Source: an uncultured Candidatus Rokubacteria bacterium (GTDB lineage: Bacteria; Methylomirabilota; Methylomirabilia; Rokubacteriales; DASRDR01). From it: a DNA stretch of 64,000 bases. Position 1 is the stretch's first letter. Every line of letters begins with the position of its first letter. The translations under genes and the position numbers were made by a program. The stretch is taken from the NCBI GenBank assembly GCA_963805625.1, contig CAWDVE010000010.1:928001-992000 (forward strand), in the 5' to 3' direction. The notes under the pieces are model-generated. The model saw nothing but the letters and a program-made list of their open reading frames with translations, did no database searches and was not told the DNA's origin. Of the stretch, positions 29,995-39,397 are shown piece by piece.

Positions 29995-30381
29995 TCAGAA
30001 CATGGTGTTCCCGTTGGTCGACTCCGCCGGGATCGTCTGTAGCACGTCCCAGTGCTCGACGATCTTGCCTCGCTCGTCGAAGCGAAAGATGTCCATGCCG
30101 GCCCAGTCCTCGTCCCCCGGCCACTCCTGGTGGCAATGCAGGACGACGTAATGCCCCTCGGCGATGGTGCGCTTCACGTGCACGCGCTTGCGCGGATGCT
30201 CCTTCGCCATCCGCTCGAAGAACTGGATGAACGCCTCCTTGCCGTCCGCCACGCCGGGGTTGTGCTGGATGTAGACGTCCCCCACGTACTTCCGGACGGC
30301 CTCCGCCGGCTTGCCCTGATTGAACATGAGGTCGTAGAAGGCCATGGCGGTCTGCTTGTTGCGCTCGAGCTGATTGCTCAT
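29995..30381 (-). CDS. SnoaL-like/NTF2 family protein
   Basis: 'YIQHNP', 'DIFRFD...KIVEHWDVLQ', 'NGNTMF'. Confidence 0.9.
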   Translation of the reverse strand: MSNQLERNKQTAMAFYDLMFNQGKPAEAVRKYVGDVYIQHNPGVADGKEAFIQFFERMAKEHPRKRVHVKRTIAEGHYVVLHCHQEWPGDEDWAGMDIFRFDERGKIVEHWDVLQTIPAESTNGNTMF

Positions 30382-30908
30382 CGCTGTGCGCTCTCCCCGC
30401 CCATCCCCGCCGCGGGATCCCTCGACGCGTCGACCAGGCGGCCCCCGGTGACCGCGAGGAGGTCCTGCACCCTCAGCTCGAGATCCACGCCGCGGACGCC
30501 CGCGCTCACGTGGACCCGCTCCCAGCCCGCCGCGCTCCTGTCCACCAGCACCTCGAACGCCCCCGCTCGCACGGCCAGCGCCGAGATCCCGCCGACCTTG
30601 AGACCGGTGAGCTCCTCGGCCTCCCGCTGGCTGGCCATGCGCAGCCGCTTATCCCCCAGCGCGTGCCCGAGGCGTTTCAGGTCGACCTGCCGGTCCGAGG
30701 GCACGAGGACGAGGAGCGGCTTCGCGCGCCCCGTCGTCTCCCGCAGGATGACGAGTGTCTTGAGCACGGAGGCGCCGGGCACCCCCAGGAGGTCGGCCGC
30801 CTCGTCAGCCGAGTGGAACGCTCGCGCGGCGTCGTAGACCCGTACCCGGTGCTCGACGCCCCGCGCCTCGAGGAGCCGCGCGGCGTTGGTCTTCGGCGCG
30901 TCGGTCAT
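30378..30908 (-). CDS. YbaK/EbsC aminoacyl-tRNA deacylase
   Basis: 'KTNAARLL', 'LKTLV', 'TGLKVGGIS', 'SAGVRG'. Confidence 0.88.
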   Translation of the reverse strand: MTDAPKTNAARLLEARGVEHRVRVYDAARAFHSADEAADLLGVPGASVLKTLVILRETTGRAKPLLVLVPSDRQVDLKRLGHALGDKRLRMASQREAEELTGLKVGGISALAVRAGAFEVLVDRSAAGWERVHVSAGVRGVDLELRVQDLLAVTGGRLVDASRDPAAGMGGESAQR

Positions 30909-30930
30909 CGGAGCCGACGGGAGCGCCGGG

Positions 30931-31929
30931 TCAGTAGCCCTGCGTGCGATCGACGACGTTCCGGAGCGGCCGGCCGCCCAGGTAGCGCCGCAGGTTGTCG
31001 AAGAAGATGTCGAGACACCGCGACACGTAGGCTCGCCCGTCGTCGACAGCACAGTGCGGGCTCAGGATGACGTTGGGCGTGGTCCAGAGGTGAGACTCCG
31101 GAGGAAGGGGCTCCTCGTGGAACACATCGAGCACCGCGCCCGACAGCTCCCGGGTCCAGAGCTTCGCGGACAGAGCATCGTAGTCGACCACGGGTCCCCG
31201 CCCCAGGTTCACGAGGCCGGCGTGCCGTGGCAGGCAGTCGAGCTCCTTCGTGCCGATGAGGCCGCGAGTGTCCGGCGTGAGCGGCGTCGTGACGACGACG
31301 AAGTCGGCCTGACGGAGCGCGACGCGCAGTCCCTTCGTGGTGAACATCCGGTGAACCCAGCGGTGCGGCCGGCCGCTCCGGCGCACGCCGAGGACGCGGA
31401 GGCCGAACCGCCGCGCGAGACGCGCCACCTCCCCGCCGATCCGGCCGACCCCGACGATCACCACCGTGCGGCCCGCGATCGGGGTCATGAAGATCGGATC
31501 CCATCGCCGTTCCCGCTGGCGCGTCACGAAGTGCGGCACCCCGTGATTCAGCATGAGGAGCGCGGTCATCGCGTACTCCCCCCCCTTCAGGATGTGGACG
31601 CCGCTCGCGTTGGTCAGGACCACGTGCGGCGGGAGGAGCGACACCAGCTTCTCGACACCCGCGCTCGTCGACTGGATCCACCGGAGGTGCGGCGCCCGGG
31701 TCGCGAGGTCACGCCCGTCGACGTGCGCGGCGACCAGGATCTCCGCCTCGCGGAGCCCCTCCTCGAGAGCCGGCGGGTCGACGCCGAAGGTCACCCGCAG
31801 CCGCCGGCGGAGCTCCGGGACGCCCTTCGCGCCGCTGGCAAACCTGGGAGGCGTCACGGCGTCGTTGGGGCTCAGCGGATCGTTCTGGATGTGCAGGCGA
31901 ATCCGGCGGTCGCGCGGGGGCATCGGCAC
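30931..31929 (-). CDS. D-2-hydroxyacid dehydrogenase family protein
   Basis: 'GVGRIG', 'PLTPDT', 'NLGRG', 'LDVFHEEPLP', 'SPH'. Confidence 0.92.
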   Translation of the reverse strand: MPMPPRDRRIRLHIQNDPLSPNDAVTPPRFASGAKGVPELRRRLRVTFGVDPPALEEGLREAEILVAAHVDGRDLATRAPHLRWIQSTSAGVEKLVSLLPPHVVLTNASGVHILKGGEYAMTALLMLNHGVPHFVTRQRERRWDPIFMTPIAGRTVVIVGVGRIGGEVARLARRFGLRVLGVRRSGRPHRWVHRMFTTKGLRVALRQADFVVVTTPLTPDTRGLIGTKELDCLPRHAGLVNLGRGPVVDYDALSAKLWTRELSGAVLDVFHEEPLPPESHLWTTPNVILSPHCAVDDGRAYVSRCLDIFFDNLRRYLGGRPLRNVVDRTQGY

Positions 31930-32081
31930 TCCTCGTGGTTCGGGGTTGCGACGGATCCGACATCAGGGGTCGTCGGGCATTCTAGCCCACCTTGGCGCGC
32001 CGTGGGCCGCGGCGCCCGCGTGCTACACTTCGTCGGCCCGACAGCGTCCGGGACCGCCGTCCGGCGCTCGGCCCAGGAGGC

Positions 32082-32741
32082 GTGACGGCCCTGTCACTCG
32101 AGCGGTTCTTCTCGCCGGCGGACCACGCGGCGATCGAAGCGGCGGTGCGCGAGGCAGAGACGCGGAGCGCCGGCGAGGTCGTCCCGTATGCCGTCGAGCG
32201 CTCCGACCGCTACGCGCGCGCCGTCTGGACCGCCGCGACCCTGGGCGCCCTCGCCGGAGCCCTGGCCGCCGCCCTCATCCGGTGGTCCGGGGACTTCTGG
32301 GGAGGCCCCGTGGCGCTCTGGATCGCGCTGCCGCCGGCAACGGGCGCCGCCCTAGCCGGGCTCGCGGCGTTCGCCCTTCCTGCCCTGCGCCGCCTCCTCG
32401 TATCCCCCGAGGTCATGGCCGAGCGAGTCCGCCAGCGCGCGGCCGAGGCCTTCCTGGCGGAAGAGATCTTCCGCACCCGCGATCGCACCGGAATCCTGAT
32501 CTTCGTCTCCCTGTTCGAGCGCCGGGTTGTCGTTCGGGCCGACCGCGGCCTCGACGGCGTTGTCACCCCGGGCGAATGGGAGGAGATCGTGGCTGGCATC
32601 GCGGCGGGCATGCGCCGTGGCGAGCCGGGGGCGGCGCTCGCCGACGGCATCCGGCGCTGCGCGACCCTGGTGGGTCGCCTCCCTCCGCGACCGGACGATC
32701 GGGACGAGCTCCCCGGTCAGCTCCGCCTGGGCCGCGAGTGA
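32082..32741 (+). CDS. TPM domain membrane protein
   Basis: 'AETRSAGEVV', 'TRDRTGILIFVSLFERR', 'DELP'; GTG after GGAGG. Confidence 0.88.
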   Translation: MTALSLERFFSPADHAAIEAAVREAETRSAGEVVPYAVERSDRYARAVWTAATLGALAGALAAALIRWSGDFWGGPVALWIALPPATGAALAGLAAFALPALRRLLVSPEVMAERVRQRAAEAFLAEEIFRTRDRTGILIFVSLFERRVVVRADRGLDGVVTPGEWEEIVAGIAAGMRRGEPGAALADGIRRCATLVGRLPPRPDDRDELPGQLRLGRE

Positions 32742-33706
32742 CCCACCGCGTCGCGGGAGCGGCCTGGCTATGGAACATCCGGGGAGGCGGACGGGCTCCA
32801 CGCATCCTCCTGCTAGCCAGCCTCGCCCTGCTGCTCGCGGCTCCCGCCGCCTGGAGCGCGAAGGAGGTGCCATTTCTCGGCGCCCGTGTGAACGATCTGG
32901 CTGGCATCGTCCCCCCGCCGCTCCGGGAGCGCCTCGAGACGAAGCTGGCCGACCTGGAGCGCCGGACGGGCGCTCAGGTCGCGGCCCTGACAGTCGACAG
33001 CCTCGAGGGCGACTCGATCGAGGACTACGCGGTGCGGGTCTTCCAGACGTGGAAGCTCGGCCGGAAGGAGGTCAATGACGGGGTTCTCTTCGTCGTGGCC
33101 CGACAGGAGCGCCGCATGCGCATCGAGGTGGGCTACGGCCTCGAGGACCGCCTTACCGACGCCCGCTCGCGGCAGATCCTGGACGACATCGTCCGGCCCC
33201 ACTTCCGCGCCGGGAACTTCGGGCCTGGCATCGAGGCCGGCGTCGACGCCATTGCGGCGGTCATCGAGGGAGCGCCGCTCCCCGTGCCGCATCGCAATCC
33301 GGCTCGCCAGATCGGCTCGGTCGTCGGGATCCTCATCTTCTCGCTCATGTTCCTCGTCGTCATCGGGACGTTTTCCGTGGTCGCGCTCCTCACGCCGGGA
33401 TCCGCCGGCTGGTTTCTCTACCTGTTCCTCACGCCGTTCTACGCGATCTTCCCGTCGATTGTCGTCCCGCCGTACGGCGGCGTGATCGCGGCAGGGATCT
33501 GGCTCGCGCTGTTCCCGATCATCCGGAGCATGCTCCACAGTCCCGGCGGCAAGAAGTTCCGCCAGCGGCACGGCTGGGTGGTCACCCCTTCCACGGGCGG
33601 GGGACGATGGAGCGGCGGGGGCTCGTCGGGCGGCGGCTCCTCGGGCGGCGGTTTTTCGGGGGGCGGCGGATCCTCGGGCGGCGGCGGAGCTTCCAGCAGC
33701 TGGTAG
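32738..33706 (+). CDS. TPM domain protein (YgcG-like) with Gly/Ser-rich tail
   Basis: 'WKLGRKEVNDGVL', 'RIEVGYGLE', 'GGFSGGGGSSGGGGASSSW'. Confidence 0.92.
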   Translation: MTHRVAGAAWLWNIRGGGRAPRILLLASLALLLAAPAAWSAKEVPFLGARVNDLAGIVPPPLRERLETKLADLERRTGAQVAALTVDSLEGDSIEDYAVRVFQTWKLGRKEVNDGVLFVVARQERRMRIEVGYGLEDRLTDARSRQILDDIVRPHFRAGNFGPGIEAGVDAIAAVIEGAPLPVPHRNPARQIGSVVGILIFSLMFLVVIGTFSVVALLTPGSAGWFLYLFLTPFYAIFPSIVVPPYGGVIAAGIWLALFPIIRSMLHSPGGKKFRQRHGWVVTPSTGGGRWSGGGSSGGGSSGGGFSGGGGSSGGGGASSSW

Positions 33707-33849
33707 GGATCCCGACAAAGACTCGCCGGGGAGCGTGGCCCCCGCCCCCCGGCGGATCCATCTGCGCTCGCGTCCCCGCTCGCACCTGGAGCGTTCTCGG
33801 GACGACCCGCGCGCTCCCCTGTGCAGGGGAGCCGTGATGTCGGGATTCC
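33706..33849. repeat. Structured intergenic element with terminal inverted repeats
   Basis: GGGATCCCGACA (33706-33717) / TGTCGGGATTCC (33838-33849), 11/12 complementary; inner hairpin GCTCCCCTG-TG-CAGGGGAGC (33813-33832). Confidence 0.4.
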
Positions 33850-34049
33850 GTCACCGGATTGCCCGGCGACGGCGACGTCTAGCGCGGTGGCGTGTCCTCC
33901 ATGGATCGACCTCCTTTTTGACCCGGCTCCCTACCTCGAGCCCTTGACGAGGATCGCGCGCCCCCCGTCACCTCAAATGAACCAAGAAGAGGATCGCCTG
34001 TCAAGAGGGTCGCCACATGACCCGCCGCCCCCTCTCTCGCTGTCTTGAC

Positions 34050-34384
34050 GCATCCTCCTCCAGGCCGCCAAGAACGCGCGCACGCTGCTCCACTCCGGCG
34101 TGACCACGCTCCGGGAGAACGGGGCCAAGGGCCGGGTCGCGTTCTCGCTCCGCGAGGGTATCCGCCGGGAAATCGCGCCCGGGCCGCGGATGGTGATCTG
34201 CGGCTGCCCCATCACCATCACGGGCGGTCACATGGGCTACTTCGGCTCCGAGGCCGACGGCCAGGACGCCGTGCGCGCCGAGGTGCGGAAGCTCCTCAAG
34301 GAGGGCGCCGACGACATCAAGATCGTGGCCACCGTGCTCGACGTCTGGCAGGCCGGACAGCGAGTCGAGCGTGGGGTGGTGTAG
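34050..34384 (+). pseudogene. Amidohydrolase internal fragment
   Basis: 'SGVTTLRENG...GPRMVICGCPITITGGH...EVRKLLKEGADDIKIVAT' aligns by eye with 61805-63064; lacks the N-terminal HxH and the C-terminus. Confidence 0.75.
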
Positions 34385-34445
34385 GCTCGCTCCGGCGCGT
34401 CGTGCCCGTCGGAGCCGGTGCTAGGATGTTGGCCGGGAGGACGCC

Positions 34446-35723
34446 ATGACGGGGACCCTCTATGACCTCGTGCTCCGGGGCGGCCGCGTGATCGACCCGG
34501 CCCAGGGTCTCGACACCGCGCTCGATGTAGGCCTCCGCTCCGGGCGGGTCGCGGCGGTGGCCCAAGCTCTCCCCCCCGGGGACGCTCGTGAGGTCGTCGA
34601 CGTCCGCGGACAGATCGTCCTTCCCGGGCTCATCGATACCCACGCGCACGTCTACCAGTACGTCACCGGCCGCTTCGGCCTCGAGGCCGACATGGTGGGC
34701 GTGCATTCGGGGACGACCACCGTGGTCGACCAGGGCGGCCCGAGCTGCATGACGCTCCCGGGCTTCCGGAAGTTCGTCGCGGAGCCGGCGGCAACCCGGA
34801 TCTACGCCTTCCTGTCGGCCTACCTCGTCGGGGGGCTCGAGGGCCACTACTACCCGGCGCTCTACGGTCCCGACGGCGTCGACGTCCCCGCCACCATCCG
34901 CGCCGCCCAGGAGAACGCGGACTTGGTCCGCGGCATCAAGGCCCACGCCGAGATCGGCGGCGTGGCGCGCTGGGGGCTCGAGGTCCTTCGCCTCGCCGCC
35001 GAGATCGCCCGCGAGGCCGATCTCCCGCTCTACGTCCACTTCGGCCAGCTCTGGCCCTTGCCCAAGTCGGGAGCGGGCGCCGCGGACCCGGACGCGATCC
35101 TCCCGCGCGTGGTCGAGATCCTCCGCCCCGGTGACGTCCTCGCGCATCCCTTCACTCGTCATCCCGGGGGCTTCGTCGACCGCGCGGGGCACGTGCACCC
35201 GGTCGTCCGCGAGGCGCTCGCGCGCGGCCTGCGCATCGACGTGGGGCACGGCTCCCATTTCAGCTTCGACGTGGCGCGCCGAGTGCTCGACGCGGGGATC
35301 GTGCCCGACACGCTCGGCGCCGATCTCCACGGCTACAACACCGAGGTGCCGCGGCCGGCGGGCACGCCGCCAGACGCCCACCCGGACCCCGAGCTCCACC
35401 CCTTCGCCGGGAGCACGCGCTTCAGCCTCGCGCGCGCGATGACGGGGCTCATGGCGTGCGGGCTCACGCTGGAGGAGGTCGTGCCGATGGTGACCCAAAA
35501 CGCCGCGCGGATGCTCGGGCGAGAGGACGAGCTGGGCACCCTTCGCCCCGGCACCGTTGCCGACGTCACGGTGCTCGACGACCGGCACGGCCGCTTCTCC
35601 CTCCGGGACAACGGCGGCACGGAGGTGATCGCCGAGCGCCTGCTGATGCCGGCGTTCTGCCTGCGGGCGGGCCGGCGCGTCGACGCTGACGCGCCCATTC
35701 TTCCGCGCGCGGTCGCGGCCTGA
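34446..35723 (+). CDS. Amidohydrolase/deacetylase family metallohydrolase (dihydroorotase-like)
   Basis: 'PGLIDTHAH', 'IKAH', 'DVGHGSHFSF', 'ADLHG'. Confidence 0.92.
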   Translation: MTGTLYDLVLRGGRVIDPAQGLDTALDVGLRSGRVAAVAQALPPGDAREVVDVRGQIVLPGLIDTHAHVYQYVTGRFGLEADMVGVHSGTTTVVDQGGPSCMTLPGFRKFVAEPAATRIYAFLSAYLVGGLEGHYYPALYGPDGVDVPATIRAAQENADLVRGIKAHAEIGGVARWGLEVLRLAAEIAREADLPLYVHFGQLWPLPKSGAGAADPDAILPRVVEILRPGDVLAHPFTRHPGGFVDRAGHVHPVVREALARGLRIDVGHGSHFSFDVARRVLDAGIVPDTLGADLHGYNTEVPRPAGTPPDAHPDPELHPFAGSTRFSLARAMTGLMACGLTLEEVVPMVTQNAARMLGREDELGTLRPGTVADVTVLDDRHGRFSLRDNGGTEVIAERLLMPAFCLRAGRRVDADAPILPRAVAA

Positions 35724-35809
35724 GCCCGCTCCCCTAGCCCAGAGCGGGCGGCGATCGCCGCGCCCCGCCCTCGTGCCTCGGCTCGAGCTCGTTCAGGGGA
35801 CGGCCCGGA

Positions 35810-36655
35810 TCACGCGAGTGGGGGCCAGTACCGCACTCGCTGGATGTTCCCGTCGCGGCGAGCCAGCATCCAGGTCGAGCCCTTCTTCTTCGGCTCGCCC
35901 GCGCCCACCAGAGCCTCCACGACGTCCCCGTGCGTGCATAGGACCACCGGCCCTGGCCCGAGCCGCCCAAGAAGCGCGCGAGCTTCCTCGACGGACGCGC
36001 CCTCGGCGATCGCCTGATCGGGCTCGACGGGCATCCCCAGCCGGGCGGAGAGGGGCTCGAGAGTCTGCACGCACCGGACGTAGGGGCTCGAGACCAGCCG
36101 AGCGAGCGGGTAGCCGGCGAGCGGCGTCACCATCGCGTCCGCCTGACGGCGCCCCCGCCCGTCGAGCGGGCGCAGGCGGTCGTCGCCAACCCAGCGGTTG
36201 CGATCGCCCGCCTTCGCGTGACGCACGAGGAGGACGAGCGACCGGAACGCCGGCTCTAGAGCGTCCAGGATCGCGCGGTCGCCCGGGTAGGAGAGCTGCC
36301 GCCCGGCGACCGACAGCGGGACCCAGCGGACCTCGTCCACTTCCGAGTTCGGCTGGAACGCGCCGTCCCGGACGGTCATCAGCCAGTAGCGTACTTCCTT
36401 GTCGCGGCCCCGCCGGTCGCGATACCGGCTCTCGCCGAGCTCCGGCCCCAGGAGACAGTCGAAGCCGGTCTCCTCAGCAACCTCGCGCAGTGCGCACTCC
36501 TCGTCCGACTCACCGGGCTCCACCTTGCCTTTCGGCAAGGTCCAGTCCCGGTGTCCGGGGCGATGCACGAGGAGAACCTCGACCTGCCGGCCGGGCCCGA
36601 CTCGGAGGACCGCCCCGCCCGCTGCCCGGACCTCGGACGCTAGGCGGCCTTCCAC
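35810..36655 (-). CDS. NUDIX hydrolase-histidine phosphatase fusion (MutT1-like)
   Basis: 'DWTLPKGKVEPGE...ALREVAEETG' Nudix box; 'LVRHAKAG', 'SSPYVRCVQT', 'CTHG', 'KKGS'. Confidence 0.88.
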   Translation of the reverse strand: MEGRLASEVRAAGGAVLRVGPGRQVEVLLVHRPGHRDWTLPKGKVEPGESDEECALREVAEETGFDCLLGPELGESRYRDRRGRDKEVRYWLMTVRDGAFQPNSEVDEVRWVPLSVAGRQLSYPGDRAILDALEPAFRSLVLLVRHAKAGDRNRWVGDDRLRPLDGRGRRQADAMVTPLAGYPLARLVSSPYVRCVQTLEPLSARLGMPVEPDQAIAEGASVEEARALLGRLGPGPVVLCTHGDVVEALVGAGEPKKKGSTWMLARRDGNIQRVRYWPPLA

Positions 36656-38052
36656 GCGCCCTGTCGCACGAGCTCGTCGCCGACCTTCTTTATCCCGCGG
36701 TCGAGACCATCCACCACACGGTCCACCTGCTCGCGCGTGATACAGAGCGGCGGCGACAGCGCAATGACGTGACCCACGGGAAGCGCACGGACGATCAGCC
36801 CATCCTCGAGACACCGGGCCGCGACCTGCTGGCCCACCTTCAGCACGGCGTCGAATGGCCGCCGGCTCGCGGGATCGGCCACGAGCTCGATGCCGGCGAT
36901 GAGGCCGAGGCCCCGGATCTCCCCCACCAGGGGGTGCCCCTTGAACCGCTCCCGGAGGCACGCCTGGAGGTAGGCGCCGGTGCGCTCGGAGTTCCCGACC
37001 ATGTCCTCCCCGAAGAGGATGTCGAGGTTCGCCATCGCCGCGGCTGCACCCACCGGATGCCCGCTGTAGGTGAAGCCGTGGGCGAACGCTCCCACCTCGG
37101 GCGACCCCGCTTGGAGCACCGACCACACACGCTCGGACAGGATCACGGCCGAGAGCGGGAAGTAGCCGCTCGTCAGCCCCTTGGCGACGGTCACCAGATC
37201 GGGCTCGATCCCGTACACCTCGGAGCCGAAATTGCGCCCGAGCCGGCCGAAACCGCAGATGACCTCGTCGGCGATCATCAGCACGTCGTGCTTCCGGAGC
37301 ACGGCCTGGACACGGTCGAAGTACGTCCGGGGCGGCACCAGGACTCCGCCGGCGCCCATGACGGGCTCGGCGATGAATGCCGCGACCGTGTCCGGTCCCT
37401 CCCGCTCGATGAGCGCGTCGAGCTGCGCCGCGAGGGCGGCCGCGTACGCCTCCTCCGTGGTTCCCGGCGCCGCGTCGCGATAGTAGTAGGGCGACGCGGT
37501 GTGGAGCACGTTCGCGATGGGCAGGTCGAAGGCCCGGTGGAACATGGGCAGGCCGGTCAGGCTGGCCGCGGCGACCGTGCTCCCGTGATAGCCGCCGAGC
37601 CGCGAGATGATCTTCTTCTTGCCGGGCTTCCCACGGAGGTTGCTGTAGTACCAGACGAGCTTGACCTGGGTGTCGTTCGCTTCTGAGCCGGAGTTTGCGA
37701 AGAACACCTTGCTCATGCGGCCCGGAAACACCCCCAGCAGGCGGTCCGCGAGCCGGATCTGCGGCTCGTTGGACATCGACGAGAACGTGTGGTAGTAGGC
37801 CAGGCGCCGGGCCTGCGCCCCCATGGCGTCCGCAACCTCGGTCCGGCCGTAGCCGATGTTGACGCACCAGAGGCCCGCGACGGCGTCGAGGTAGCGTCGG
37901 CCGCTCACGTCGGTGAGGGTGAGACCCGACCCCTCGGCCATGATCCGCGGGCCGGTCCGGAGGTGGTCGGCGATCGACGTCGCCGGGTGGAGCACGCTCT
38001 CCTTGTCGAGCGTCTCGAGGGTGGGTCTCTCGGTGGCCTTGCCGCTCATCAT
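36640..38052 (-). CDS. Class III (omega-amino acid) aminotransferase
   Basis: 'DAVAGLWCVNIGYG', 'SGSEAND', 'DEVICGFGRLG', 'AKGLTSG', 'HGFTYSGHP'. Confidence 0.95.
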   Translation of the reverse strand: MMSGKATERPTLETLDKESVLHPATSIADHLRTGPRIMAEGSGLTLTDVSGRRYLDAVAGLWCVNIGYGRTEVADAMGAQARRLAYYHTFSSMSNEPQIRLADRLLGVFPGRMSKVFFANSGSEANDTQVKLVWYYSNLRGKPGKKKIISRLGGYHGSTVAAASLTGLPMFHRAFDLPIANVLHTASPYYYRDAAPGTTEEAYAAALAAQLDALIEREGPDTVAAFIAEPVMGAGGVLVPPRTYFDRVQAVLRKHDVLMIADEVICGFGRLGRNFGSEVYGIEPDLVTVAKGLTSGYFPLSAVILSERVWSVLQAGSPEVGAFAHGFTYSGHPVGAAAAMANLDILFGEDMVGNSERTGAYLQACLRERFKGHPLVGEIRGLGLIAGIELVADPASRRPFDAVLKVGQQVAARCLEDGLIVRALPVGHVIALSPPLCITREQVDRVVDGLDRGIKKVGDELVRQGAWKAA

Positions 38053-38153
38053 CGGCTCCTTCGGCACGTCCGCCACCGATGGCGGGCGGCGTGGAATGGG
38101 TGGTCCAATCGCCTATGATACGCGAAGCGGCCGCCGCGCGCGCGTACTGTCCG

Positions 38154-39395
38154 TCAGCTCCCGCGGTGGTACGCACGGAGCGCCGGCGAGCGCCAGGTGA
38201 TCAACGCCGTCGTGACGAGGCTCCCGACCCCGCCGACGACGACCGCGATGCCGGCGCCGAGCCACTGGGCGACGACCCCCGACTCGAACTCCCCGAGCTG
38301 GGGGCCTCCGATGAAGAACAGCATGCTGATCCCGACCATCCGGCCCCGCAGCCGGTCGGGCGTCTCGAGCTGGCGAACGATGTTGCGGAGCACCGCGCTG
38401 ACCGTGTCGGCCGCCCCCGTGGCCGCGAGGGCGAGGAACATGGGCCAGAACGTCCGCGAGAGCCCGAAGACGACGGTCGCCGCGCCGTAGATCGCCACCG
38501 CCGAGAGGAGGACGACACCGCGCCGCTTGATGCGGCCAGCGAGGCGGACCATGAACGCGCTCGTCAGCACAGCCCCGATCGACGGGGCGGCGTAGAGCCA
38601 GCCGTAGCCGCGCGGCCCCACCTGGAGCACGTCCTGAGCGAAGAGCGGGAGGAGCGCCGTGGCGGAGCAGAAGAAGGTCGCCAGGCCGTCGAGCAGCATC
38701 GTGGCCCGGAGGAGAGGCATCCCGAAGACGAACCGGACACCCTCACCGAGAGCGCGGAGGCTGACGGCACCCCGCGCGGCCGGCTGCACCGGCGGCAGGT
38801 CGCGCATCAGGAGAATCGCTCCGATGGTCGTCAGGAACGAGAGCGCGTTCAGCGCGTACACGGTGGCCACGCCGGACGTCGCCAGCGTGATCCCGGCGAG
38901 GGACGGCCCCACGACGGAGGCGGTCTGGAAGAGGATGGAGTTGAGCCCGATGGCATTGGGCAGGTGCTCACGCGGCACGAGGCTCGGGAGGAGCGCCTGC
39001 CGGGCGGGGGCGTCGGCCGCGCCCGCCGCCGCGCCGACGCCCGCGATGATCAGGATGATCAGGGGATTCGCCCGGTCCGCCGCCGTCACCAGGGCGAGCG
39101 CCGTGGCGGCCAGCATCATCACCACCTGGGCGGCGAGCATGAGCTGCCGGCGATCGACGGCGTCCGCCATCACGCCGCTCCAGAGTCCGAACACGAGAAT
39201 CGGGCCGATCCGCGCGAGACCGACCAGGCCGAGCGACAGCGCCTTCCAGCCCGGTGGGGCGAGGAGCGAGATGTGCCAGAGGATCGCCGCCCCCTGCATC
39301 ATCGTGCCCGACATCGACACGATCTGGCCCATCCAGAGCAGGCGGAAGTTCCGGTGGCCCAGCGCGACGAACGTCGGTGAGGCGGCCGCGGACAT
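38154..39395 (-). CDS. MFS transporter (EntS/DHA3-like)
   Basis: 'HRNFRLLW', 'DAVDRR', 'RQLETPDRLRGR', 'GGPQLGEFESG'. Confidence 0.92.
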   Translation of the reverse strand: MSAAASPTFVALGHRNFRLLWMGQIVSMSGTMMQGAAILWHISLLAPPGWKALSLGLVGLARIGPILVFGLWSGVMADAVDRRQLMLAAQVVMMLAATALALVTAADRANPLIILIIAGVGAAAGAADAPARQALLPSLVPREHLPNAIGLNSILFQTASVVGPSLAGITLATSGVATVYALNALSFLTTIGAILLMRDLPPVQPAARGAVSLRALGEGVRFVFGMPLLRATMLLDGLATFFCSATALLPLFAQDVLQVGPRGYGWLYAAPSIGAVLTSAFMVRLAGRIKRRGVVLLSAVAIYGAATVVFGLSRTFWPMFLALAATGAADTVSAVLRNIVRQLETPDRLRGRMVGISMLFFIGGPQLGEFESGVVAQWLGAGIAVVVGGVGSLVTTALITWRSPALRAYHRGS

Positions 39396-39397
39396 GG

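Noticed and set aside
33595-33700. GGCGGC-rich tandem pattern
   Set aside because: Encodes the ordinary Gly/Ser tail of TPM-domain proteins.
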